The notes beneath the pieces are model-generated. The model was not told where the DNA came from. It searched no databases and saw only the letters and a list, made by a program, of their open reading frames with translations. DNA of 64,000 nt from Phoronis australis (lineage: Eukaryota > Animalia > Phoronida). Below, one piece after another: positions 1-11,597 of the stretch (position 1 is its first letter; each line of letters starts with the position of its first letter). Location: assembly GCA_002633005.1 (NCBI GenBank), contig NMRA01000037.1:1071136-1135135 (forward strand). Reading direction: 5' to 3'. Position numbers and translations under genes: made by a program.

Positions 1-610
1 AATTTTTCAGTATCTAAATATCATGACACTGGCAATGGTTCTTCAAATACGTAACGCTCATGGTAATCAATATATAGAACTTTCATTTTTTGATTTTTGG
101 CTTCAGCCAACCTACAATCACACCTGACAATGGAATGAAAACACCAACACTGTCTTTGTAGTTCCATTACTTCCTTATAAGGTGCAAACCTCAAATTCAT
201 TTGTTTCCAGAGAATTGAAATAGACACAAGTGAACGTGCACTGAAGCATTTTTTCAATTACCGTACTTAAAATCAGTTATATTAACACTTTAGTTTTCAT
301 CATCTTTATAATTCTCAGAACTTTTTCGGTCTTTCTTTGCTTGTCATAGACACGTTTTAGTGTACTTTTACAGCAATTCAGCAAGAACTATCTTGTATCA
401 AACCAACTCCATAGTAATCATAGACCACCATGGAGGTTCAAAGTAGAGTGAACACCTTCTCATGTATCATTCTTGTGCACATGTTCAAGTGTCATGATGA
501 GTTCAATGTTTCACGCTGAATTGATGGTTATTACAATAGACTTACATAAGGCTATTATTATCAAAAATTGACAGGAGCTCAACTTAAGTCATGCCAAGGG
601 TTATGTAAAC

Positions 611-700
611 CGAGAGATGAGTAGGTGGGAGAAAAGCTCTCAGATGGCTTCGCAAGTTCGGATGATCTCACCTTCTGCCCTCGTTATTCACCAAGAGAAG
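611..700 (-). repeat. Dispersed repeat fragment, also at about 27950-28025 (+)
   Basis: GGCAGAAGGTGAGATCATCCGAACTTGCGAAGC (minus strand) versus GGCAGAAGGCGAGATCGTCTGATTTTGCGAAGC. Confidence 0.6.
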
Positions 701-1622
701 CTTTCCATTCTGCTACATATCCTAATGAGAGCTAGACTGGTCTCTAACTGACACTCTTTGGAATGGCTAGTCATGTGACCATTTAGTCAGAATCTAATTG
801 GCTGACATAGTAAACATGCCCTTATTAACAAAGTTGCCCCTTCCAAACAAAAAACAATTACTAAAACATTAAATTCAAATGAAAAATCCAATTGTGAAGT
901 TTATAAAGTATTATCACTTTTTATCAACATATTTCGAAAAAAAATAAACTTTTCCACTAAAAACTTTAGCAAAGGGACATAATTTTTACAGAGGTCTCAA
1001 ATAGAGAAGTTAGAAAATCATGATTGTTGTGCGTACCATCTTTTTACAGCCCTATGGTAACAGTGACCAATAAAAATATTCATCAAACCTTACTGTGGCC
1101 AATTACCGTCAAAATGCTCATGGTTGTCATTAGTTTTGTGGCTACTAATTAAAACTGTGAAAGTTTTTCAAGATGGCCTCCATCAGAACTTGTAACATCT
1201 CTAAATGTATAATGCTTGCAGAACAAAAATTACAATACGAAAACACCGAGTAGATGTTAAAAATAGACACGTGCGTAATTCAAACTTAATGTACTGTTTT
1301 ATTGCGATCAAGATTATCAATTCTTTTTCATTCAACAAAATATGAAAAAATAATAATTCACAGTGAAATACAAATACGAGATAATTCACAAATACCGAAT
1401 CTTTGAAGATAATTCTACCAAATCTAGAGCACAAATCTACACAATTCTGACTAATCACATCAGGTTTTCTCTCACAGGATGCCATTTAGCAAAGCAACTT
1501 TTAGAAATCCTGAGGCACTCTGGTTGGCCATATGAAAAGCTCTGGTTGGTCAAAATTTGAACTATTTAAGTCAGTTCATCTATTGATGATGGTAAAAATC
1601 AACCCAAGGAAAGTCCTTTCTA

Positions 1623-1703
1623 GTAAGCACTCTACATTTTTTTTTGGTCAAATTACACAATCATGTAAGCACTGTACATTTTTTTGGTCAAATTACACAA
1701 TCA
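1623..1703. repeat. Two-copy tandem repeat of about 41 bp
   Basis: GTAAGCACT(C/G)TACAT(n)GGTCAAATTACACAATCAT occurs twice. Confidence 0.75.
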
Positions 1704-2288
1704 TTAATTGCAACAGTGAAAGTAATCACCCGACAAATAAAGCCTCTGCTTGCCACAAAGGATCTCCATAATTGGAAACATTGGCACTGTAAACAAATTA
1801 CACAACAGGTGCTTACTAAAAATGAGGTTGTTATTCTTTGTGAAATCTATTTTAGTCTGCAACAACATTTTTCATTACGAGAAGGTATGTACAGTATCAA
1901 GGTATGAACAGTATCAAGAAGAGTTGTCAAAGAAACTAAGCGCTCTTGTCAAGTATCAACTTCAAAAGTGCATTCTGGAATTATTTAGCTCTTAACTACT
2001 TACTGAGTCACTCTGGGGTTGAGAAACATTACCATCCATTCAATCTAGAATTTCTGCCCAATGAGCCATCAAATCAAGTCACAGGAAATGAGCACGTGAG
2101 CAATATATGAATTTGTGATTTTAGGGCTGGCCAATCCCAATAAACTCTGGCCATTTTCTAAAGACACTAATGGTTTTGATGTTCATGTTGTTATAAGAAA
2201 TAGAATCCCATCAAGGTAAGGAACAATATATGAGAGACTTCACGAGAAGAAAGGTTCAATTCGATTTCATGTTAAGTCAGCTACTATA

Positions 2289-2542
2289 CAGGGCCCTCAA
2301 TACTTTGATTATGGGGCCGAATATCAACCCCATTTCCCCTCTGAAAAAACTTTAAAAATCATGTGAAAATACCGTCATGAGACCCAAAAATTTCCCTAAA
2401 AAGACACAAAAATTCCTCTCGAGGTTCGAATCACTTGGGTGGTTGCTACTGATCGTCAGCAGGGGTAAAATTTCCCCTCACACCAAAAATCTCCCTTTCA
2501 AAAGGCACAGGCTACTTTCCCCTCAAGTGAACGAGGGCCATG
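2289..2542. mobile_element. Probable hAT-like MITE
   Basis: Ends CAGGGCCCTC / GAGGGCCATG with repeated internal TTTCCCCT motifs; no clear TSD. Confidence 0.45.
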
Positions 2543-2925
2543 CAGTGAAATGGCTCACAATAACTTAAACTTGCTGAATTAGACAGCACCATTCCCACTT
2601 GAAAGTCTTACAAACATCTCAAGCCAGTCAGGGTTTCATGCTTCTCATCTCAGTTGGGCACCAACGACATTTACAGTGCTCAAAAATCCACCAATATCAA
2701 GACTGGAATCCATGTATCTCTGATGTGTGAGCCAATTGTCCAAACTGAGTGATTTGAGACGGCATTATTCGACTGTAGACTCTGCTGTCTTTACAGACTG
2801 TTATGATCACAGGTAGGGCACTAGTCAGATATTATAATGGATCCATAGTATTTTCAGTTAAATATAATGCAAAATGTTGCAAAACGTCCGATAATTAGAT
2901 CTAGAACGCTTGCCATGTGGCAATT

Positions 2926-2995
2926 GCTCCTAGGCTGAACGGTTTGGATGCTTAACTGTCCTGTATGTAACCCGGGTTCAAGTCTCGGTCCCGGA
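2926..2995 (+). mobile_element. tRNA-derived SINE head (degenerate)
   Basis: A-box-like TAGGCTGAACGG and B-box GGTTCAAGTC at tRNA-like spacing, with T-arm stem CCGGG/CTCGG; no intact cloverleaf. Confidence 0.5.
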
Positions 2996-3409
2996 AAATT
3001 CTTCTACACTCTACACTGCCGCGAGGTGTACTACTGTAGACTACATTACCAGAAGCGTGTTCAACAGAGTGAGCGCCCGCTAGCGTGTACTCGCGAACAC
3101 AAGGAACAGCTCCTGAACAGCTGTGAGCGCTCACTGTGCGATCCAGTATGGCGACTTTGAAGCAGATTGTGTTGAACGTCTTAGCTGATGAGCTTAACAC
3201 TAACAGTCCTTCCTATGGCGTACTGAGCGATAAATATGATTAATCTTTGCCAATAATTATTAATATCGGCAGCCCCAAGACAACAACCGTGAAGGCTTTG
3301 GCCCGACAAGAATCGAAAATTACTTCGAGGAAACTGTACCTCGCTACAGCGACCCGCAATTTAAGTCGCAGTTTCGGATGAGTCGGTCAACTTTTGAGGT
3401 TNTACTTAC

Positions 3410-3622
3410 AGATTTGAAGTCAATGAACTGTGTGATAAGAGTGCCGTCAGATTTTATGAAATCCAGTGTGATTGTGTCGTCGTCCGTGTTGGCGACAATC
3501 TTCTCTTTTACAGTGCCTCCTTTGTTTTTGACATTAACGATTAACGTCGCGGATGTACAGTTCAGAAAATAAATTAGAAAGAATACGGTTACAGTAATTA
3601 AGACATTTTTAGAGCCTTCCAT
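3410..3622 (-). CDS. OAF: Out at first (OAF) homologue, first coding exon; remaining exons lie left of the window
   Basis: ATG at 3622, hydrophobic signal peptide (VLITVTVFFLIYFLNCTSA), then LIVNVKNKGGTVKEKIVANTDDDTITLDFIKSDGTLITQFIDFKS, which resembles the OAF N-terminal domain (L.V.V...G....E...A....D.I.L.....DGTL.....DFK). Phase-0 GTAAGT donor at 3409-3404. No convincing second exon found in 1-3400. Confidence 0.85.
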
Positions 3623-4712
3623 AGCGAATTATGATCGAATTTCATCGACCAGGAATTTACATTCCTTTCTCAGTCCACCATTTTGAATAGCTGTATGAAT
3701 AATGCCAAAACTTTTTAAGTTTTGAAGGCATCTTTGTCTAAAAACCATCTCAAAACAATGCAAAATATATGTTTTATTTGATTTTTGTTATAAACTAACA
3801 TCCTAATTTTTCGAAATTTGTTTCGTTTTAACGCCTTCTGGGAACTTGAGTGTTCTCAGAGACTATATTACTTCGGAAGTTTCCGTTCAATTCCGGAATT
3901 TTCGATTAGAGGACTCGCTGATACCCGAGGCAACATCATCACACTCATATTGTGTTGCCAGACTCTGTTTGTGCGGGACGTGCCTCTCAGATTTTGGTGC
4001 TTTTTCTCCACATAAGGGTGACTTTTCCGCCCTGTTTTACTACGGGGTAGTTGATTTTATGAGTTATTGTAATGTTAAAACATTACTTTGCCAACAGAAA
4101 TTCTGATATCCAAGAAGCTGTTTATTTAATTTTGGTAATTTCAAGAAACAATCATTTAAAGGCTCTTACAAAATGGTGACTTTCAAGTTCAAACTGCTTA
4201 CAAAATGTCACTTTCTATCGTTCTAACTTTTTAAGAGTATACTAATTCCTCAACGACTTAGCCCGAAATAGAATCGAATATCCCACGGGATCCTCGGGCA
4301 TGGCTAGTGCTGAGCATGAAAATGTCTACATAACCCGGTGTTATCCCAGCCGGCAAGCACGACGCAAAAATTACAAACAAAGACCAGTAATCGGAGTCCC
4401 ATGTCAGCCAACGAACAAAAACAACAAGTACAGGCGTGATTAGATTTATTTTACAAGAACATTCTTGCAATCTAAGTAAGAGTAAAACGCGTTGAATATA
4501 AAAGAAGAGATGATAGATAAAAAGTTGAGTTACTATGGTTACACAGAAAAGTTTCTGTTGTTTTCCAGCAAATAAATTGGGATATTGAACAACACTCGTT
4601 CTGCGAAGTCCTCAACCCTTTAGTGGTGTAGTTTAATCATGCGAGATTTTTTAAAATCCCCATAAAAGTAGCTTTGACGAAAGTTCAAAAAGTGAATTAT
4701 GACTGCGAATGT

Positions 4713-4790
4713 AATGACGTCATTGTATTATTGTTTCAGTTCAGTCTAAAACCCGACAAACTCACTATTTCATAGCCGACAGCAAGTAGG
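4713..4790 (+). promoter_or_regulatory. Putative promoter and non-coding first exon of beta-trefoil gene A
   Basis: Palindromic CRE AATGACGTCATT at 4713-4724, TCAGT initiator-like motifs at about 4736 and 4741, candidate GTAGGC donor near 4786, acceptor TTTTGTAG ending 5059 just before the ATG exon. Confidence 0.35.
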
Positions 4791-5072
4791 CCTACTCTGT
4801 TGATCTCGATATCACGTCACTGGTATTTTTTAGACTACATCTGTCCAATTGAATTATTCAGTTTATCAATCTTGGAAATCTGCTGTACCCGTACACTGCG
4901 GAATTACGTCTTCCTTTTTTGGCGTATTGGTGACCGTGTACAGGTTGACTCAAGCTGCAGTAGTAAAACTTTGAATTTTGCTTTCCTGCTTCCAGTGTTA
5001 CCCATTTACAAATTTAGGACATATCATTGCTGAAATTTCTAACCAGAAATCTTTTGTAGGTAGTAGGGCACC

Positions 5073-8000
5073 ATGTCTGAGCCAAATCCAACATCTGTAA
5101 GTTGCAAACGCATTGTCTTAACATGCACGGCTTGATTAAAACTAATCTGTATAAAACTATACTAAGCATTCAATTTAGATTTTTAGCAATGCTAAGAACT
5201 TCTCAACTAATTGTTACCAGAATTACTCAAATACCTTTTCCCTACGATGACATTTCTGCCTACACATTCCGTTTTGTCGTATACGACTTCTCATACAACT
5301 TTCGTATGCGACAGGCGGACCTCTACCTACACAACGTTAATGTAATTTACAACTTCTCAACTCTAAAATATCTCACTCTCAGTAAATGATTACACAATTT
5401 GTTTGGCCGCCAACAAATGTGCCCATAAATCGAATGGATACCGATTGGGGTCCTAATTAATTCTCCGCTTTTACATGACTAGGATAAACCAGGACTTAAA
5501 GACATCAGAAATGCAATTGGCCAAGGTGTTAAGAATGCGGCTAAAGTTACAAAAGATGTGGCGAAGCAGGTAATTACGGAAACCTACTATTCAAAATAAG
5601 ATATGCATAGCTGAAAGGTTGTCAAACCTTCGAATACCTGTGAAGCGAAGTTATTTTGGTCTCAAGGGAACCTATTTTTGGTACTTACCATGGCAGGCCT
5701 TTTCATATAGTTCTATAAACCCTCCAGTACTGGTGTATGTGTATACGTAGACGCACGTGCTAGGACAAAGGAGTTAGTATGATTCTCACACATGTCCAGT
5801 CATTTCTCGTCCTCCTATTCTGTTTCGGTTTAAAAGCTAAATTAGTATGCTTTATGAGCAAACAATTCACTAAAGATAACCCGTCTTTCAATTTTAGACG
5901 GCACCCACTGTTAAGAACACCATGAAAGCAGTAAGGGATTCAATAGAAAAGGTATGTGTGATGTATGATTAATAGTAAAATAAAAAACGTTGTCCACGCC
6001 TCATCTGTTTCCCTTGGTCGTGCTTTCCTAATTAGAACACATGTTGTGAGAAAAGTCCCTTATTCGGTCGCTTAATGAAGGCCTCGAGTGTTCGCTTTCT
6101 AGGAAGCCCCTGTTGTTCTGGATGCCATAAAGAAGACCGGCGTCGTCATGGCAACTGGCCTCGAGAAGGCAAGTCAGCACGCGCAGCAGTGGTGGGACGG
6201 GAAGCAGACGACTCCACTGTTGGTAAGCGACAAAGGACGGTTTCAATAGGCCGTCATTAAGCCACAAGGTTCTTGCATTGAGCTCTGCTTAACGTATTAC
6301 ATGTGTCCATATACCAGATATTGAAACACAAGAAGGTTTATACTCCCACAGAACGCGTTTTACGACATTTGCGCGATTTTATTTTGACGAGTGCGAAGTC
6401 GACAGTGCACGCACGACAACGGGGCCCCAAAAATTGTTGGAAGTTCTTCAGGAAGACCCCATTTCTTCATTCCCTTGACTGCGTGTCTTTGTTTTGTGCT
6501 GATGCTGGTCACATTCCAATTGAAAGTCCCACATTTTCCGGTTCTGTTGGGTTTGGGAGCATGTTTAACTCAGCTAAATTGGATCTCTGCTACCAGCCGT
6601 AATGAGCACCTGGACTGCAAAATATTTTCATTTTACCAATCTCATGACCTCTCGCTGAGGTCTTGTAGGACATTGACTTTGATTTGGAATTGCAAAAATT
6701 CAGACTAATTACAAATTTTAGTGTAGACCGGTTGAGTTATGCAAAAATAATAAACAGTACGCGGCGAAAAGAACCAGGGGAATTTCACGCGCGCTTTTGT
6801 ATAAGACATATTCATGCTTTTTGCAGAACAATTTCTGCAGTAACAACGTGGTAGCCCTCAAGTCACGCAACACCGAAAAATGTGTCCAGCTGACGGTGGA
6901 CGCCAACTTAAGGTTCTCACTGAGTGCATTCGGCGAGGACAGCTCAACTGCCAACAACAGTACGTCTGTATTGTCATAACTGACCTTGAAAATATGACGA
7001 GAAAGCTGGATTTGAGAGTGCAAATAGCAAAAAGTCGCTATCCCTGGTATTCACACCTGTGCTAAAAAACTTGACAACAGTATAAAACGAGCTTTTTAGA
7101 AAAATACGGGGGAAATTAATGACGGCAATGGTTGGTACTCTAGCGTTTGCTATGGTCCTAAAACAATGTGCTGAGGCAAAAAGCAGCGAATAATTTCATG
7201 CGACTTAAAATAAGTGATCCATTCATTGTGATTCTCAAAGTTCGAAGCATTGGTAAAACCATCCCTACATAAACACCTTTGTTGCGTGTCCCCACTCCGT
7301 TGATAGGCTCATCTGTAAAACTGTGTTCTTTTTTCTAGCTCACTGGACTGTGATAAATCTTGGAAAAAACATTGTCCGTCTCCACAACAACAACAAGTTC
7401 ATATGCATATCTCAAGTTGGGGCGTGTGTTACGGAATTTGTAAGCTTTTATGTTTTGTAACCGTGAACGTTAAATCCAAAACACTCAGCTCTGACATAAA
7501 ACCCCCCTTCTCCAGTGGAATATTTGCGTTACTAAACAAACGCTGAAGCGTTTTTTCATAACTGAAATGGCTACAACGCATAGTTCATACGTCTTGCACT
7601 GGAAAAAATAAAGACCTATCTAATATTTGTTTATTGCTCACAAGATTACGTTTTTTAAAAAAGATATGCACTGCAAGAGCGACAGCTCATTTGATGAGTT
7701 CAGCAATCGGATCCCAAGCATTACAATGTATGGTATTATTACGTAACAAGCACTTTTGCAACCTGCCAAGTTAAGATCTAAGTATACCGTTTCACGTCGC
7801 ATTTTCTCTTGTTATTTCTTTTTACTTAAATATCTTGTTGATTGTGTCTCATCTTTCCTTACCTTTTCTTGTGTTGTTAATACAATTTTTCTCAAAACCA
7901 TTAAGCCATTTGTTACACACACCATTGATTTGCATTTATTTTCGTTTCATGAGCCGAGTAATTATTGTCGCTTCAACAATGATTCCAGCCTGTGGGAACT

Positions 8001-11000
8001 GAACCAGCCAGAGAGGCCGACCTGCGCCTAAGCGTTCAAGACAACACGTTTGTTGCCTTTGAATCTGTTCATTATCCAAACATGAGATTGGCGTTTTCAT
8101 CCGCCGACGGTGGCCTAGTAAGGGATGCTTTACGCTATGACAAAACTGCTCACTTTTCTTGCCGGATCGTGGTATGTTTTACATTTATTTAGAGCTCTTT
8201 TTAGCATTACTCTGGCGACTCTTTTCAAACGAAAACTTGACCCTTTCAAATAAATTGTAAGCATATCCATCGACTGCCTGAAGCACGTAGCAAAGAGTGA
8301 AAGATGCGCCACCACCTGGGCCCGGTCTCTAATCTTTGTACTCGAAACGAACTCGAAACTATTTTTGGCAATTTCTCTGCTCCTTTTCTGCGAACTTAAG
8401 ATACTTGGTTATCAGACATTACAGTTTATGCATAGGAGTTTCTAGTTCAAGTTTGCCCTTGAAGACCCTTATACTCGTGCTAAAAACTCGAGTAAAAACT
8501 CGAAATTTCGAGTTCAAACTCGATCTTATTGCTTTAATCTTGGGTTTACAAACTGTGAACATAGGACATTAAATTACCTACGTAAGTTATTGTGTACTCG
8601 AGCATAGAATAAAAGACACTTATCTTGATTTCGCCCAAAAGTAGAGTAGAAAATGCCAAACCTAATTTCGAGTTCCATTTCGAGTAAAAAGATTGCAGAC
8701 CGGGCCCAGGTTACTCGAGCATTTAGAGCCCTTGGGTTCCGTTACCCAAATATTTGTGCCGGTGTCTGCACTCAGAATGCGGCCCCCGGGATCTTAAAAA
8801 CAGTTGAAGTTCAACTAGGTTTAGATATCCGAGGCATCGGGCAAAACTGATTAAAAATTAATACTTTGCATTTAATGAAGGATCACGCCATGCCAAACAA
8901 ATTTCATTATGGAAAGGACCTGATATAACTCAAAACGCTTGCTCAAACATTCGACGAAGGTACACGAACTACAAAGCAGTTGCAAATAAATCAGTACATT
9001 CTAACCACTAAATAGACCATGTGGAAAAACGTTCCGTAAGTTTGATGCCAGAAACTCCACAGAATTCCACCCATCTATTGCTGATGAAATGTTTGAGCAA
9101 GATTAGACATTCGATGACCATCTCAAACTAATCTGAAGCGAATAGTGGCTTCACACTGAGTACAGAACGAACCGCGACAGATTCCGACAGAGACTTCAAA
9201 ACTCGAACATTCAAGAGACAACAAAACAACTATAAATGATTCAGTGCGCACTTAGACCACTAAATGGACCATGGTAGAAAAAAGTATTTTCGCAAACTTG
9301 TTCTTAAACGGCTGAACTACTTGTATGCTGCAGCATAGCTTGATGCAAAATTGTAGTTTTGATTTTTGAAGTTCACTGTGGAAATAAGTATCAAGAACTT
9401 TCGTTTATAAGCCTAGTACATGTCAACTTAATTCTTTTGGTCTTATGTGTTTGTATTTTTTATTTGATTTCGCATATCTGATTCTTACTGTAACGTTAAT
9501 CGATATTGAAAAAGTAATCAACTAAACCCCATAGCTATAATTATAGTAATGTGACGTATTTAACGTAAAAAAGGACACAGAAATTAANCACTGGACTGTG
9601 ATAAATCTTGGAAAAAACATTGTCCGTCTCCACAACAACAACAAGTTCATATGCATATCTCAAGCTGGGGCGTGTATTACGGAATTTGTAAGCTTTTATG
9701 CTTTGTAACCGTGAACGTTAAAGCCAAAACACTCAGCTCTGATATAAAACTCCCTTCTCCAGTGGAATATTTGCGTTACTAAACAAACGCTGAAGCGTTT
9801 TTTTTATATTTTCAAGCGTGAAAATGACTACAACACATAGTTCATGAGTGAAAATCTACGTCTTGCACTGGGCGGAAAAATTAAAGACAAACCTAATATT
9901 TGTTTATTGCTCACAAGATTACGTTTTTTTTAAAAAAAGATATTATGCACTGATGAGTTCAGCAATCGGATTCCAAGCATTGCGATGTATGGTATTATTA
10001 CGTAACAAACACTTAATTTGCTTAAGTTAAGATCTAAATATACCGTTTTCACGTCTCATTTCGATCTTCTTGTTATTTCTTTTTACTTAAATATCTTGTT
10101 GATTGTGTCTCATCTTTCTTTACCTTGTCTTGTGTTGTTAATACAATTTTTCTCAAAACCATTGAGCCATTTGTTACACACGCCATTGATTTGCATTTAT
10201 TTTCGTTTCATGAGCCGAGTAATTATTGTCGCTTCAACAATGATTCCAGCCTGTGGGAACAGAACCAGCCAGAGAGGCCGACCTGCGCCTAAGCGTTCAA
10301 GACAACACGTTTGTTGCCTTTGAATCTGTTCATTATCCAAACATGAGATTGGCGTTTTCATCCGCCGACGGTGGCCTAGTAAAGGATGCTTTACGCTATG
10401 ACAAAACTGCGCACTTTTCTTGCCGGATCGTGGTATGTTTTACATTTATTTAGAGCTCTTTTTAGCATTACTCTGGCGACTCTTTTCAAACGAAAACTTG
10501 ACCCTTTCAAATAAATTGTAAGCATATCCATTGACTGTCTGAAGCACGTAGCAAGGAGTGAAAGATGCGCCACCATCTGGTTACACGAGCATTTTGAGCC
10601 CTTGGGTTCCGTCACCCAAATATGTACAAAAATGTATTTGTGCCGGTGTCTGCACTCAGAATGCGGCCCCGGGATCTTAAAAAAAGTTGAGCTTCAACTC
10701 GGTGTAGATATCCGAGGCACCGGGCAAAACTGATTAAAAATTAATACTTTGCATATAATGAAGGGTCACGCCATGCCAAACAAATTTCATTCTGGAAAGG
10801 ACCTGATATAACTCAAAACGCTTTCTCAAACATTCGACGAAGGTACACGAAATACAAAGCAGTTGCAAATAAATCAGTACATTCTAACCACTAAATAGAC
10901 CATGTGGGAAAAATGTTCCGTAGGTTCGATGCCAGAAACTCCACAGAATTCCACCCATCTATTGCTGATGAAATGTTTGAGCAAGATTAGACATTCGATG

Positions 11001-11597
11001 ACCATCTCAAACTAATCTGAAGCGAATGGTGGCTTCACACTGAGTACAGAACGAACCGCGACAGATTCCGACAGAGACTTCAAAACTCGAACATTCAAGA
11101 GACAACAAAACAACTATAAATGATTCTTAGACCACTAAATGGTCCATGGTAGAAAAAAGTATTTTCGCAAACTTGTTCTTAAACGGCTGAACTACTTGTA
11201 TGCTGCAGCATAGCTTCTTAAACGGCTGAACTACTTGTATGCTGCAGCATAGCTTGAAGCCAAATTGTAGTTTTGATTTTTGAAGTTCACTGTGGAAATA
11301 AGTATCAAGAACTTTCGTTTATAAGCCTAGTACATGTCAACTTAATTCTTTTGGTCTTATGGGTTTGTATTTCTTATTTGATTTCGTATATCTGATTCTT
11401 ACTGTAACGTTAATCGATATTGACAAAGTAATGAACTAAACCCCATAGCTATAATTATAGTAATGTGACGTATTTAACGTAAAAAAGGACACAGAAATTA
11501 AGAAAAAAATGTTCGATGCTTCAAATGGAATGCATGCATTATGGAGATCTGTAACGCATTTTTTACTTTCTTACAGAGTTCTCCATATCAACAGTGA
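5073..11597 (+). CDS. Leaderless FGF/IL-1-like beta-trefoil protein, paralogue A (about 240 aa, 8 coding exons)
   Basis: Exons with canonical AG/GT and continuous frame: 5073-5096 (MSEPNPTS), 5483-5569, 5898-5951, 6103-6222 (..AQQWWDGKQTTPLL), 6827-6959, 7339-7439 (HWTVINLGKNIVRLHNNNK), 7989-8171 (..FESVHYPNMRLAF..HFSCRIV), 11577-11597 (SSPYQQ*). AATAAA at about 11676. Core exon sizes 133 and 101 nt are identical to paralogue B. Exons 6-7 recur at 9589-9687 and 10250-10432 in the duplicated segment. Confidence 0.8.
7341..11501. repeat. Apparent tandem duplication (7341-9587 and 9589-11501) separated by a single N; probable uncollapsed haplotypes
   Basis: The copies are collinear with scattered SNPs and indels. 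Copy 2 starts immediately after the N at 9588, inside an exon, without its splice acceptor. Confidence 0.9.
8319..8706. mobile_element. Harbinger/PIF-type MITE
   Basis: About 40-bp imperfect TIRs (GGCCCGGTCTCTAATCTTTGTACTCGAAA.. / ..TTTCGAGTAAAAAGATTGCAGACCGGGCC), flanked by CTG and CAG; absent from the homologous site of the second copy (about 10577). Confidence 0.8.

Noticed and set aside
21-257. 78-aa minus-strand ORF as a possible OAF terminal exon
   Set aside because: No recognisable OAF C-terminal Cys pattern, non-ATG start, and the intervening OAF exons are missing.
660-710. Minus-strand peptide KASLGE*RGQ resembling OAF exon 2 (ILGEEERGQ)
   Set aside because: It contains a stop, lacks the downstream Cys-Phe motif, and the DNA matches a dispersed repeat also present at about 27950.
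2926-2995. Possible tRNA genes here and at 53669, 20880 and about 37200 (minus)
   Set aside because: Only A/B boxes and a T-arm are present, with no full cloverleaf; treated as SINE heads.
6777-6788. kappaB-like site GGGGAATTTCAC in an intron of gene A, which would fit an immune role
   Set aside because: A single imperfect 10-mer is expected by chance in 64 kb.
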